NCBI RefSeq assembly: GCF_004010195.1 | Contig: NC_057728.1 | Location: 46,955,402 to 47,019,401, forward strand | From: Chiloscyllium plagiosum | Lineage: Eukaryota | Direction: 5' to 3' | DNA length: 64,000 nucleotides | Part shown: one piece after another, positions 25,801-38,459 of the stretch | Position numbering within the stretch: the first letter of the stretch is position 1 | Layout of the letters: the number at the start of each line of letters is the position of its first letter | The notes under the pieces: generated by a model | Seen by the model: the letters and a program-made list of their open reading frames with translations, nothing else | What the model was told of the DNA's origin: nothing | The model's database searches: none | Position numbers and translations under genes: made by a program

Positions 25801-26460
25801 CATGTGCACAGAACCCTGAACGTGGCAACACAGGTGGGTAAGGTGATCAAGAAAGCATTCAGCATGCTTGCCTTCATTAGCCAGGTCAGCAAATATAAAA
25901 GTTGATAAGTTATGTTACCATTGTTACTTTAGTTAGGCCACATGCGGAATATTGCATGCAGCTCTAGTTACCGCGCTACCAGAAGGATGTGGATGCTTTG
26001 AAGAGGGTGCAGAGAAAGTTTGCCAGGATATTGCCTATTCTGAAGGGTTTCAGTTTTGAGGAGAGGTTGGATAAACTCGGTTTGTTTTTATTGGAAAGAC
26101 GGCGCCTGAATGGTAACCTGATAGGATGGACGGTCAGAGGCTTTTTACCAGGGTGGAAAGGTCAACTACAAGAGGGCACAGGTACAAGGTAAGAGGGAGA
26201 AACTTTTGGGGGCAGAAGAGCAGGAAAGTTTTTCCACCCAGAGGGTGGTGGGTCCCTGGAACACACTGCCAGTGGAGGTGGTGGTAGCAGGCATGTTAGC
26301 AACATTTAAGGTGCACCTTGAAAGGTACATGAAAGTGAAGTGGACAGAGGGTTAAAAACCTTGTACGGGCAGTAAGAAGCGGGTCTAAATAAGGATTATG
26401 AATCGGTGCAGGCTTGGGCAGCCAAAGGGCCTGTTCCTGTACTGTATTGTTTACTGTATG
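22815..26460 (+). mobile_element. Near full-length decayed CR1 LINE (ORF1 SGNH esterase, ORF2 APE-RT)
   Basis: WDLYKKDGLHLNWRDTNILA (ORF1). ITETW, AILDLVLGNEP, SCLTNLIE, YIDFSKA, FGDDVK (ORF2). 3' tail. Confidence 0.95.
23469..23669. mobile_element. Penelope-derived hairpin insertion with 15-bp TSD
   Basis: gaagagaaagagcag at 23454-23468 and 23670-23684. Internal inverted repeat. Confidence 0.85.
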
Positions 26461-26617
26461 AAATCAAGTTGCTGATTGGTTGACACATGGACTCGGGTTG
26501 TTAACAGGCATTGCAATGGAAAATGCCCGAGCTTAATCAGTCAGTCAATTATCATTAACAGTACTGGCTGAAAGCAGAAGATAAAGCAGACGGGATCTGC
26601 AGAATTCCCAACCTTAC

Positions 26618-26839
26618 TTCCAGCACTTCCAACTTTTGATGATAAGAGAAACAGGGCAAGTATATGATTCACAGAGGTGGAAAGCCACATTCAGCAAGGC
26701 AATTTGAAATCAATGTAGAGTTCAAACAAACCCCAGTTTAGTTTGTTCAAAAGCTTTTAAGCTGCTTTGGAGAGTCAAAACTGACAAGGTAGACAGAAAC
26801 ACTCTTGAAAGCTACGCAAAGTCTGCAAACTGTCATGAT
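26618..26839 (-). pseudogene. TASOR-like pseudo-exon: PIN-like region (VSFAGVDS motif)
   Basis: ttcag acceptor, gtaagg donor. SLQTLRSF/KSVSVYLVSFDSPKQL (one frameshift) resembles TASOR2 SLLKLKHFPSVIFAGVDSPGDV. Confidence 0.65.
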
Positions 26840-27109
26840 CTGAATTTTTAAAATGTAAACTTTAACAAAAATAAATTTTCTGTTTTGAGTTATCCACTTT
26901 GATGAAGTCTGACCCTCTGATGACAGCATTTCCAGCAGGGAAACACCGGTGCAAATTATAATGGCTAAATTGTTGCTTTCTACACTTTAGATTCTATTAA
27001 AATCAAACCTGTCTGTGATTTATTCACTGGTCAACAACAAGGTAATTCATTTAAATAACACCTACAAGGCCTCATGTGTGCACACTTTTCCAAGAACCAC
27101 CAATAGTGA

Positions 27110-27237
27110 ACTCCTATTTAAACATTATTCTCTCTGGATTCTTAGATATCACAACTGCAAACAATAGTTTCTGATTCACAACCACAGTGGAAGAACTGAA
27201 GCTTTAATACCTTCAGAATTTATTTTGTAGCTACATT
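27110..27237 (-). pseudogene. Possible TASOR-like pseudo-exon (DKLLIIIQNED region)
   Basis: NQKLLFAVVISKN resembles LDKLLIIIQNED at the expected position. Boundaries uncertain. Confidence 0.4.
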
Positions 27238-28391
27238 CTTTGAGGAGCATATAAACTCAAAAGTGCTGCCATATTCACTTAACTGCCAGAATTAATTTGG
27301 CGCTTAATCGTAATGCTTCAACAAATAAAAATTAACAACCTTGATAAAAGATCTAGGTTCCAAAACTCTTTAAAAGTTTGCAGATAATCACAATCATAAT
27401 GTTTGTTCCAATGTGTGCATGAGCCATATGCTTAAGTGAGATGTTTATAAAATATGGTGAACTGAGTTCTTGCCATCCTGATTGATCTGAAATAAAGTTA
27501 CATCCTGCCTTGCATAAATAATTAAAAAGTTTTTCCTTTTGTGTAAATTAGACAATAACTATCCACCTCCAATGTACTCTCTACAGCATATCTCTGTTGT
27601 GAGAATCTCAATATCACTAGGATAGGTTTGTTTTTACAGTCTAATAGATCCTGCTCTAGATCATGCTTCCTTTGGTGAGCTACAATGATGGACAGGTTTC
27701 GGAGTTAAAGTGTGTGCATTTTCCATTTGAAAGCGAGCCAAACCTCAACAGGATGGGTAAGCACAGCTACATTTACCAACTCATTGAAAATGGAGGTATT
27801 AGCAGATTAAGAACATTGCCTTAGACAGAATTGGTAAATACTTTTTACCGATTCCTAATAAACATTTCTTTAAAATGTGAGGCTAATTGTTTCACTTTTA
27901 AAAATTCATATTTAGTAATTTTGCCCCATCAAACACACACAATCCTCCAAACAATCAAATAAACAAATAATATGTTCAATCGTTCATTGCATGCTGTAAT
28001 AGAATTAATCTTTCTTGCATTACAGTAAACCAAGAATAACCAAATCTACCAAACAACTTCCAAATAAAGAAATTACCAACATGATTTCAATCTGTAACGT
28101 TTACACAAATACTAATTAGGTGTGATTAAATTTGACATAAATAAACAGCCAGGTGTCACTTCCAGTATAAAAGGTAACTTTACGTATAAACTATCTGTAC
28201 AATAAGATATAGCTTACTCAACCACAAGCAATCACTCCATTCCTAGCAGACATAGGGCACTACGTAGCTATACAATTCTGGACATTTTTATTCATGTGTG
28301 TAGTTCAACAGCAGCCTTCATTCTAATTTTCATGGGATAATTATCATCAGCTAGTTAAATCTTTACAAAATGCATCTTCCCCACCCCCCAC

Positions 28392-28851
28392 TTTCAGGTC
28401 ACAACTGTCCTGATGGCCAGAATTCATTTTCAGACCAACCAAAAAGAACCCAGTTCAAAATTTAGCTACTTCTCTGAAAACACTCATCTCCATATTATCT
28501 CTGAGCTCTTCACACAGTTTTCCAGGTTTTAGACCTTCTCAGCCTGCTCATACAGTGCCTCCAAGAATTTCTCTCTCCTTTTTCCGCCAAGCACAAAAAC
28601 TGACTTCTTCCAGAAATCTGCTTCTTCAACAATTCTGTATTTTCTTCCTTCTGTCTGTATTTCCTTTCCCTTTATGTCTCTAGCTATGTTCTGATTGTCT
28701 TCTCTTTCGAGCTGTCTGTCTTTTTATACAGCTATATCTTATTCGTCTACTCTATATTTGGTAATATGGCTTTTTGTATCTTATCTAGCTTGTTACTGGT
28801 ACTGCTTCTGGGTCAAGAGTCATAGGCCACACAGACTTGCATTACCATTAT
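28392..28851 (-). pseudogene. TASOR-like pseudo-exon: start of the C-terminal PIN-like region
   Basis: ttttgttag acceptor. GLKPG...VFREVAKF*TGFFLVG...SCDLK|gt resembles QLKPDVF...IMKDVQKNTVKFYIHE...LCKEIK. Confidence 0.55.
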
Positions 28852-31254
28852 CTAACAAAATTACAACTGATTACTTTATCATCGATGCCAACCCTTCAAA
28901 GTATTTTTAAGCATTCTTAAAAACAATGAAAAATCCCCAAAATATTTTAAAGAAATTATGCAGTTTCCTTTTTTAAAAACCATTCTCTTCTTATGATAAA
29001 GTACTTAGTTGCTCTTTCATTTCTTTCCTACATTCTCCTCTAACCAACTATTTGAGGAAACAATTAGGGGGGAATCAATTCATGTAGTAGTCAATGCAAT
29101 TGCATTAGGATGTTTGCCAATATAAGTTTGAATGTCTCCTTAATTGATTACATTACCTATGAAAGGGAAAGATGCCCATTCTGCCCTTGCCAAGCGAAAA
29201 TGACTTTGAAGTAAAGAAGCTGCTCTGATCTTTGAGCTCTACCCTTAGATGTTCAGCATCTAGAGACTAAGAAGGTGAATTTCACCTTTAGCTTGTAGAG
29301 ACATGAAGCCAGTGGAGCCACTTGTATTAGCCTGAGGCACGGACCATTCTGAGTCCTGAGCCTCAGCAGCATGTTTCCAACAACTTACTGGTTCTGGACT
29401 GGTCATCTGCCACTCTGAACTGACCACCAATTCATCTCATGGAGGATGTTGGTCTGTGAGGGAAGAGATGGAAAGGAGTTACAAAGGGGGGGCACAGATG
29501 GGCATCCTCCAGAGCTCACTAGAGATTACAAATTTCCCGAATCATGTGAGCAGCCTCCAGCTGCACTCTTTAGCCATTTTTAAATAAATGGTGTGTAGGA
29601 CAGCAATTTGCATATATCTAACCAACAGTCTCTCATTTCTTTAAGTTGGTGGGCTGCTTGCCGATCTGCAGACCCTAAAATTTCTGTGGGATCATCTAAT
29701 TACATGTTCACCATTTTACTCGGGGGAGAAGCAGGCGACCAGCAGTTGAAAATTGCCTGTGTGTCTTTAAAGAGCTGCAAGAACTGCTTGGTACATAAAG
29801 AAAAATCTAATAGCTCAAATATCATCAATCATGAACTTGACAGAAAATCTCTTGTGAGGTCCTCACAAGGTAAAATAATGTGACAGAGTGTCAACAAAAG
29901 TGATTGTGATTGATGCCTGAATGTGGCTGAAACGTAGATGAAAGAAAAGGAAACAATGTCAGACCAAGCTTAAAATAGCTTGAAAATGAAAAAGACAATA
30001 GTCTTTGTTCAGCAGGGCGAATGGTTCTATGGCAGGTCTAATTCAATGTCACATTCTGGAGATGATCAAACTGCAAGAGACAAGTTGTTAACAAAGGAAT
30101 AGCTCAAAAACTCCCAAGAGATCTCTGATTAAAATTAATCAAGGTGCGAGTTCAGAACAATTAGTAAACAGGCTGACTTGAAACCTATAGTGATATGGTG
30201 AATTAATTGAAGCAACCACATTTAATCCTTGCAATTGGTGAGGCATAGGTTTAATTCCAGCCATTTCTGATGAATGCATATCTTTATTATCCACATATAC
30301 ATATCTGCAATGATGTGCGAACAGAACATCTCATTGCAGAGTAAGTCAGCTATGACTCTGATTACATGCTAATTAATTTTAAATATTTATCATTATATTC
30401 TTTTTTATCCTAATTCTTCCTTTAAAGCATTCTAATATGAAAGAAACCTATTACATTATTCTATATGTCACATAAATATTACTCTAATGTTGTCTGCCTT
30501 TTTCAAATGCTAGGCTTATATTAAAGACAAACTTTCAGCCCATTTGAGTTTATCATTTCAGAATACATAATCTACCTTTATTTCTATTAAAATATCCAGC
30601 TGTTTCTTAAAAGAATCCAAACTCAGCTGCTAATAATTCTTTGTGGAAGGAACTTCCTGTCCTCAACTTGCTTTTGCACATCTCTGAATCTGTGCAATGC
30701 CTGCTCTTTGGCATATCTCCGAGCTTACATTTTCTACTTCATTGTCTAGTAATTTCTCACTAACACAATAGATCAGTCTCATTGGACTGCTCCACATTAG
30801 CTCAAAGTCTTCCCTTGTGATCCAACATGAGATTTGAATCATTGTAATCTGATGCCATTGGAATACTTGATGTTACTCATTTAAGTTTTATTTCTTTATC
30901 TTCATGATCAAGTGCATTGTTGATGTCATGGCTGTTGATACTCTGCAGTACTGAGAACGCCGTCACTAAAATAGTGAAACAAATAATCAAGATATAGGAT
31001 GCATACTTCCTGCTGAACTCGCTGATTTGAGTCTTCTGCTTTTTCATTCATTTGCAGGATGTGGATGTCACTGGCTAAACCATGACTATATACCCATCTG
31101 AAACTAGAATTGCAAAGGTTCCTTGAATTACTGGAGTTTCCAGAATATGAAATACACTACAAATGCGGAGCCTTGGATAGAATTTAAGTCAGGCAACAGG
31201 AGTCTTACTTGTTGAAAGAAGAGCCAATGAGAGACTTCATTGAAAAAGAGGCAT

Positions 31255-31718
31255 ATCTAAGGAAAGATATATTGACATTGGAGGAAGTCCAGAGAAGGTT
31301 CACTGAGCTGATCTGGATATGGGGAGACTGTCGTATGAGGTGAGATTGAGTAGCTTGGGTTTGTATTCATTGGAGTTACTGTAACATATAAGATTCGCAG
31401 AGGACTTGACAGGATAGATATGAAAAGGCTGTTTCCCCTTGTATGAGAGTCTAGGAGTAGAAGGCATAATCTCAGAGTGCCCATTCAAGACAGAAATGAA
31501 GAGAAATTTCTTCTTTGAGAGGGTGGTGAATCTACAGAATCATTTATTGCAGAGATTGGATCATTAAATACATTCAAGACTGAGATAGACAGATTTTTAA
31601 TCATTATGAGAATCAAGGGTTATAGGGAAAATGCAGGAATAGGGAGTTGAAGATTGTCTGAACAGCCTAATTGGCAAAGCAGACAAAATGGGGCTGAATG
31701 GCCTAATTATGGTCTTAG
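31255..31718 (+). mobile_element. CR1 3' fragment
   Basis: LEEVQRRFTELI, LGLYSLE, RNFFFERVVNL. Confidence 0.85.
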
Positions 31719-32467
31719 TGGAGAACAGAGGGCCTTCCCGTAATCAGTAACCCCAGGGTAGAAAGTGCACCTCCCTGCAGCTCCCACCTAAGAGCTACCA
31801 GTCAATTCAAGGCCACAGCTGTCTATTGCAAGCAATGCCATCAAAGGGAGGATGGCAGCCAACAAGCAATACATACACCAAAGCACCAGGATTCCTACTG
31901 GTACTGTTTCCAGGTCACAGGTCACAGGCTACATAGAAAAGTATTACCATTATCCAACAAAATTTCAGTTGATCACTTTACAGTTGATGTCAACTCTTAA
32001 AAATAAGTGAAGAACCTTCAGATCAATGAAAGGCGCATGCCAGAGATGAGTGAGGGGAGATGGGGCTTGTGAGAGAGTGAGACGGTTATGTACAAACACA
32101 TGTTAATAGCGCAAAGGATTTACTGACATCATGAGATAGGCTCAACTCATCATGGTGTAAAGAAGGAGGGAGGAGCTAACTAGTTGTATGGTCAGTGTTA
32201 ATGCACCTTTACCAGTGGTTTTCAATGTCTCTCTAAGTTGATCTAAGCCTATGTAGTTAACAATAATGTGAACTTAAAATGAAGTTGACGCTGATGTCTC
32301 ACAAGAAACCATTGTGTATCTCAGATGTAATATAACATGCTATTTAGTAATGTGATAAACCTAATTACTGGTCAATATGATTGAATCAAAGGCTTTATGT
32401 GAGCTTTCTTCCCAACTTTGGTTTCTGTAGCCTAGATTAAAACCAAGAAGAAGGATTTGTGGCAATG

Positions 32468-33203
32468 GTGCTCACCTTCCACCCTACCAACCTTCGCATA
32501 AACCAAATCAGCTGACGACATTTCCGCCACCTCCAAACGGACCCCACCACCAGGGATCTATTTACCTCCCCACCCCTTTCCACCTTCCACAAAGACCGTT
32601 CCCTCTGTGACTACCTGGTCAGGTCCACAACCCCAACAACCACCCTTCCGTCCTGGCACCTTCCCCTGCCACTGCAGGAATTGCAAAACCTGTGCCCACA
32701 CCTCCTCCCTCACCTCTATCCAAGGCCCCAAAGGAGCCTTCAACATCCATCAAAGTTTTACCTGCACATCCACCAATGTCATTTACTGTATCCGTTGTTC
32801 CCAATACGGTCTCCTCTACATTGGGGAGACTGGATGCCTCCTAGCAGACCGCTTTAGGGAACATGAGACTGGATGCCTCCTAGCAGACCGCTTTAGGGAA
32901 CATCTCTGGGACACCCACACCAAACAACCACACCACCCTGTGGCCCAACATTTCAACTCCCCCTCCCACTCAGCCGAGGACATGGAGATTCTGGGCCTCC
33001 TCCTATCACCTTCATCCCACCTCCCACTCACCTATTGTACTCTATGCTACTTTGTCCCCACCCCACCCTCCTCTCATTTATCTCTCCATCCTTCAGGCAC
33101 TTTGCCTGTAGTCCTGATGAAGGGCTTTTTCCCGAAACGTTGATTTTCCTGCTCCTCGGATGCTGCCTGAACTGCTGTGTTTTTCCAGCACCACTCTAAT
33201 CCA
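32468..33203 (+). mobile_element. Penelope-like retroelement 3' part: GIY-YIG endonuclease and terminal hammerhead motif
   Basis: CHCRNCKTC, NVIYCIRC..LLYIGETG..LADRFREH. ctgatgaagggctttttcccgaaacgtt at 33114-33141. Confidence 0.92.
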
Positions 33204-33587
33204 AAGCTTTTCAGTCACACCAGCTGGCGACTTGGAACCATGACATTATATCATATGAGGTCTACAGTAAGAGCACAGGATTGGCTTTCTGCTGCACTCC
33301 CTTCCCAATGCTGGATCCTTTGATCAGACATCAAGTGCTTAATAATTAGGTACAACCCCTGGGAGCTTGCAAGAAAACCCACCAGGCTGCTTTTTGGGTT
33401 CCTCACATGCAAGCACCCTATCCTTTGTTAGTTGTAGAACGAGTTATCAATTGTCCCCTTATGAGATTCTATTGGTGATGGTGTGAAGGCTGTTGCTGAG
33501 CTGTCTCACTGTACACAGAATCAGTACAGAGATAGTTGGCTGGGTCTTCACCTGGTACCCTCACGCTTGCTTAAATGCTTGATTGAT

Positions 33588-33945
33588 GGAGAGGTGATGG
33601 CTTAGTGATATTATCACTAGACCATGAACTCAGAGATACCAGAAGTGTTCTGGGGACCCAGGTTCAAATCCTGCTAAATCAGATAGAATGTGAATTCAAT
33701 AAAAATCTTGGATTATGAGTCTAATGATGATCACAAAACCATTGCCAAGTTTTGGGAAAAGCCCAACTGGTTCACTAATGTAGTTGAGGGAAGGAAATCT
33801 GCCATCTTTACGTGGTCTGGCTTCCATGCAACTCCAGACCAATAGCAATGTGAGTGACTCTTAACTGGCCTCTGGCAAATTAGGGATGGACAATAAATAT
33901 CAGCCTAGCCAACGATGTCCACATCCTTTGAATAAATGAAACAAA
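33588..33945 (+). mobile_element. SacSINE1-like DeuSINE
   Basis: tRNA-like head (ggttcaaatcc), Deu-like core ctggttcactaatg..gggaaggaaatctgcc, LINE-like tail. Confidence 0.75.
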
Positions 33946-34173
33946 AGCTGCCCTAATCTCCTGGCCACAGATTAAATTCTGCCCCATCTTCCTCTTTTAT
34001 TACCCTCACTCTTCTCTGATACCAATTCAACAGCTGGATGGGAACAGTGATCTTCTTCCCACCCCTCAGAATGAATTCATTTTCCTAAAATGGAACGAAA
34101 CATTTTGAAGAGCACTTGTTGAGAGTAAACCCCAAGAGAACCTGCAAATTTACAAGTAAATAATAGTGCTCTA

Positions 34174-34590
34174 GAGATATAGACAGGGTGGATAGCAAGA
34201 AGCTTTTTGAGGTATAGACAGGGTGGATAGCAAAAAGCTTTTTGAGGTATAGACAGGGTGGATAGCAGAAAGCTTTTTCCCAGAGTGGGGGACTCGATTA
34301 CTAGGGATCACAAGTTCAAGGTGAGAGGGGAAATGTTTAAGGGGGACATGCATGGAAATTTCTTAATGCAGAGGGTGACAGGTGCCTCGAACACCTTGCC
34401 AGCGGAGGTGGTAGAGGTGGGCACTATAGCGTCATTTAAGATGTATCTACACAGATACATGAATGGGCAGGGCACAAAGGAATACAGATCCTTGGAAAAT
34501 AGATGACAGGTTTACATAGAGGATCTGGATCGACACAGGCTTGGAGGGCTGAGGGCCTGTTCCTGTGCTGTAATTTTCTTTGTTCTTTGA
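34174..34590 (+). mobile_element. CR1 3' fragment with three tandem 35-bp copies at its 5' junction
   Basis: gaggtatagacagggtggatagcaaaaagcttttt x3 at 34174-34278. ttctttg tail. Confidence 0.9.
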
Positions 34591-34819
34591 ATGGGAATAC
34601 AGATGGAGGAGGCAAACAGGTGTAGCTAAGGTAGACAATGATTGACATGTTCACACAACACTCAGTTGTTTATTTTTCTCAACATACTGCTTTTATCTCT
34701 TGAGATCAGTTGCTGTTAGGGATTCTTCTCCAGCTATCCATCCCTGTCCTGATTGCTATACAATGGGAATAGCAGACACTTAAGAGAATCAGTGGCACAA
34801 AGAAACTTCAATGTTGACA

Positions 34820-35098
34820 TGGTTAGCACTGCTGCCTCACAGCAGCAGGGTCCCAGGTTCAATTCCAGCATCGGGTGACTGTCTGTGTGGAGTTTCCACA
34901 TTCTCCCCATGTCTGCATGGGTTTCCTCCTACAATCCAAAGATGTGCAGGTTAGGTGAATTGGCCATGCTAAATTGCCCCATAGTGTTAGGTCAATTAGT
35001 CAGAGGGAAATGGGTCTGGGTGGGTTACTCTTCGGTGGGTAGGTGTGGACTGGTTGGGCTGAAGGGCCTGTTTCCAGACTGTAGGTAATTTAATCTAA
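34820..35098 (+). mobile_element. HE1 SINE
   Basis: tggttagcactgctgcctcacagc head, V-domain, tail. Confidence 0.9.
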
Positions 35099-35969
35099 AT
35101 AAACATCAGCAAAATGTTCCACTGCTATGGCATCTAAGAAGGCAGGGATAGTTTAGCTTGAAAGAGATTTTTGATCATACATGGAAATGGTCTCTGAGCT
35201 CCAACACAAAACCATGAACACTACAGCTTCAGGCATGGTAAATGGTACTCCACCTTTATAAGTAAAAGTGACATATCTTTACAATCATATATAAGGAGCA
35301 ACATGAACTTGACATATTTGGAGAACAAACATCAAACCTCAGAAACATGCCATCAAGTGATAGTTCAACACCTGCAAGCTGCTACTATAAAGCTGCTAAT
35401 AAAGAGAATAGGATAGACTAAATTGGATCAGACCAATAGTCAACATTCAGAAATTATTAGTCTCCATACACAGTAGCTAGAATATGCAAGTGAGTCTCAT
35501 AGGGCTATGGATTCACTCAAGAGCTTTTCAGTCAACAATTATGCAGTTTCTAGATATACAGAGTACTTTGGGGAAGCTGAAAACCAAACATTGAAGAGAG
35601 ATTGAACAGATTGAAATTAAATAAGGTTTGGAGCATTCTAATCACCTTAAAGAGACTGCCCAGCTATTAAGGGCGAAACAGCAGTAACAAGTCTTGGAAA
35701 CTGAGAGGGGAAAGATGAAAGAGGATCTCCACAAGTCTTGTGTGGTGAGACAGCCAGTGTTCTTACACAATTAACACTACAAACAATTCTGTGATGGAGA
35801 AAAATATCCCTCTTCTGCTGAAATATTCAGAAATCAAAGTTCACTGTGAACAATTAGCTAAGGAAATATTCTGCTACAATCAATGAGCCATGATATTGCA
35901 TTTAAAAATACTCTTGAACGAACACAAATTGTTGTTTAGATTTACAAAAGGCGATAATGAAGAGCAAAC

Positions 35970-36845
35970 CCTTGTTAACGATGCCAATCAGGATGATTCC
36001 AATCTTATAAAGGATTTAGAAATAAGTGGGGAAGGCAATGCCAAACTCAAACCTTCAACATCTGCCCAGTCCAAATATGTGGCTGAGGTCAGCTCAGCAG
36101 TCAGGTAAATGTCCTGCTCCTGTCCAATTTTCTATTCAGGCTGCAGATAACAGTGCTATGTAAGAGCCTCTTACTGATCCTGGTCCAGAAATCTATTTTG
36201 TTGTTAAGGATGAAGTTCTTTTACTTTCTGATGGAGTTTCAGAGATGTTCTTGTCTGCAGAGAAGCAGCCTTTTTCTGAAGCAATTGTCGAACTGATACC
36301 ACTACCTACAGAAAGTTTGTCATCTTTCTTTGCTATGGCTATGCTAGTTTCATTGTCTGGCTGTTGCCCTTCAATCACGTTTTCCATGATTGTTCTTCAC
36401 TGCTCTCGAGCCTGTGAACCAGCTGTTGTGAGAGACTATCATCCCACTGCACTGCAGATTGCCTTGCAAGATAATGATAAGGGAGTACACACATCCTTCA
36501 CATTCTCCAAGAAAGCTGAAAATTCTTTTGTCAGAGGCTTCTTGTGGGGTTGGGGGGTGGGATAATGTGGGAGTAATGTTAATGGCTAAAAAGGGTTCAG
36601 GGATAGATTGTGGGGGAGCTATGAAAGAAAATGCTAGCTGTACCTTTACCCCAGGAGTTGCAACTCACTGTGCTGGAAGGAGCTGTGTCATAGTGATGTC
36701 AAATCACATGAAACCAGAACCTGATTATAGAAAGTATCCTCTTTTACGGCTCTTTATATATAGTTGCATTTAATAAACTTGCCAATGTTCACTTGCATGA
36801 GTGCAGAGATCTTTGTACCACAGCATTCAGATGTCAATTTCCAAC
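35970..36845 (-). pseudogene. TASOR-like pseudo-exon: DomII plus Ser/Glu/Lys-rich linker
   Basis: ttcttcaacag acceptor. HSSFQHSELQLL resembles YNLFSRKIEEIL. TKEFSAFLENVKDV resembles VQEFVDGLHEKL. Includes ORF 36193-36387. Confidence 0.55.
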
Positions 36846-36925
36846 CTGTTGAAGAAATTAACGTAACTTGAAACAGAAGAAAAGTTATTAACAAAGAAAT
36901 GACATCCAAGATAACATATAAACTA

Positions 36926-37023
36926 TTAGATCAGATCAGATCAGATTCCCTACAGCGTGGAAACAGGCCCTTTGGCCCAACCAGTCCAAACCGACCCTAC
37001 GAAGAGTAACCCACCCAGACCCA
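36926..37023 (-). mobile_element. HE1 SINE 3' fragment with (agatc)n tail
   Basis: ttccctacagcgtggaaacaggccc. Confidence 0.8.
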
Positions 37024-37479
37024 GCAGAAGGTCAAGATGGCAGAACAGGAGGTTGAGGAGATGAGTTGACCTCATCAGCATGCATTACCTTTGCTGGGTT
37101 CATGAGGCAGAAACACAAAAAGATGCAGTGCTCTTAATAAGTGAGATGGATCTCAATAGCTGCTGTGCAAACACAAGACAACCACGTAGGATCCAGTAAT
37201 GATTCGGGTCAAATAATGGGAAGCATGCAGCCAATTCAGAACTGATGGAGATCTGGTTCAGATGTTCTTTACGGTTCTTGTCATTTTTAAAAAGTCTTCA
37301 TTATTTTTATGCTTAGCATCAGTTTTATGAAACTCACCACTGTTTTATAGCACTCATCATTTTTGTTGCTTATTTTATTTAGTTTTATAGCTTTTTAACA
37401 GCTTTGCTAGTTATTGTTTTTACAGAATTTATGGATTTATAGGTTTATGCTATGTGAAGTGAAAAGTTTTTTGTACTAA

Positions 37480-38459
37480 ATAGAAATATTGATGAATTCA
37501 GATCTTATTTGCCATTAATTCTCTTGATATTTTAAGTTGCCTTTTTTCAATACTGATTATATTTCATGTCAATTGAAGCCTTTGTGAGCTTCAACAATAC
37601 CTTTGAGAGTTTCTCTGGAGGGTATCATTCACATAACTTTGCAAATTTCATGCCTCAATTCTAAACTTCTTGTCAGTTTTGATACTTTGATACCAGTGAG
37701 AATTTATTTCAATGCATAAGATGCCTAATGGACACTTGGATATCTTTGAATCCCAGCATCGATTTCAAATAAGAACGCTGCAGTTGTGCTATTTTTAAGA
37801 GCACCAACAGCAGAGACAATGTTAAATTTTTCAGATAGGATCCTCGTGTTTGAATAATTTCTGTATAACTAAGGTAATAGAGTATTTGCAAGTCTGTAAT
37901 TTGACATTTTGTCCATTTTGTTCTTTCCTTTCATAAGCACTGTTACAGGTAATGGTTGGATTTCCCTATTCTCACTCACCAGCCCTTTGTTTATTCATAT
38001 AGTGGGTAGCAAATCAGCGTTTTGTCCTGTTTCTTGTTTCTGACATATATGAAGAAGACTTGACTTTGCCCTTTGGGGGTATTTTAAGCCACATTCAGCT
38101 CATTCTTTTCTCTTAGTATCTCCCATGAATTTCTGCACATTTTCTATCTGTCTTTACAGATCTCCTTGTTCTTTCTGGAATGCTTGAAAATATGGTAAGT
38201 TTCTCATGATATTTCCAAAACTTACCTTTGTTCTGTCAGAATCTAGTTTGGACAATAATTACACTTCTTATGTCTTGAGTATCTTTTTAAACTTCCCTCT
38301 TTTCATCAACATTTTTCCTCGAAATCCTGTCATTTTGATATTTCATATATTCATACCCATGAAGTTACTCTATCTAAAACTTAGCTTTGCCATAGATTTC
38401 CTGTTACACTCTGTCCTCAGCTCTCCCTGAACTAACTCCAAAACTTCTCCAGACAGCAT
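37480..38459 (-). pseudogene. Large decayed coding-like exon (middle region of the TASOR-like gene)
   Basis: Not a repeat I recognise. Purine- and Lys/Glu-rich on the minus strand, begins MLSGEVLELVQGELRTECNRKS after an AG. Many stops and no clear motif. Confidence 0.4.

Noticed and set aside
34174..34278. 35-bp direct repeats as a CRISPR-like array
   Set aside because: No spacers, eukaryotic context, and the unit is CR1 sequence.
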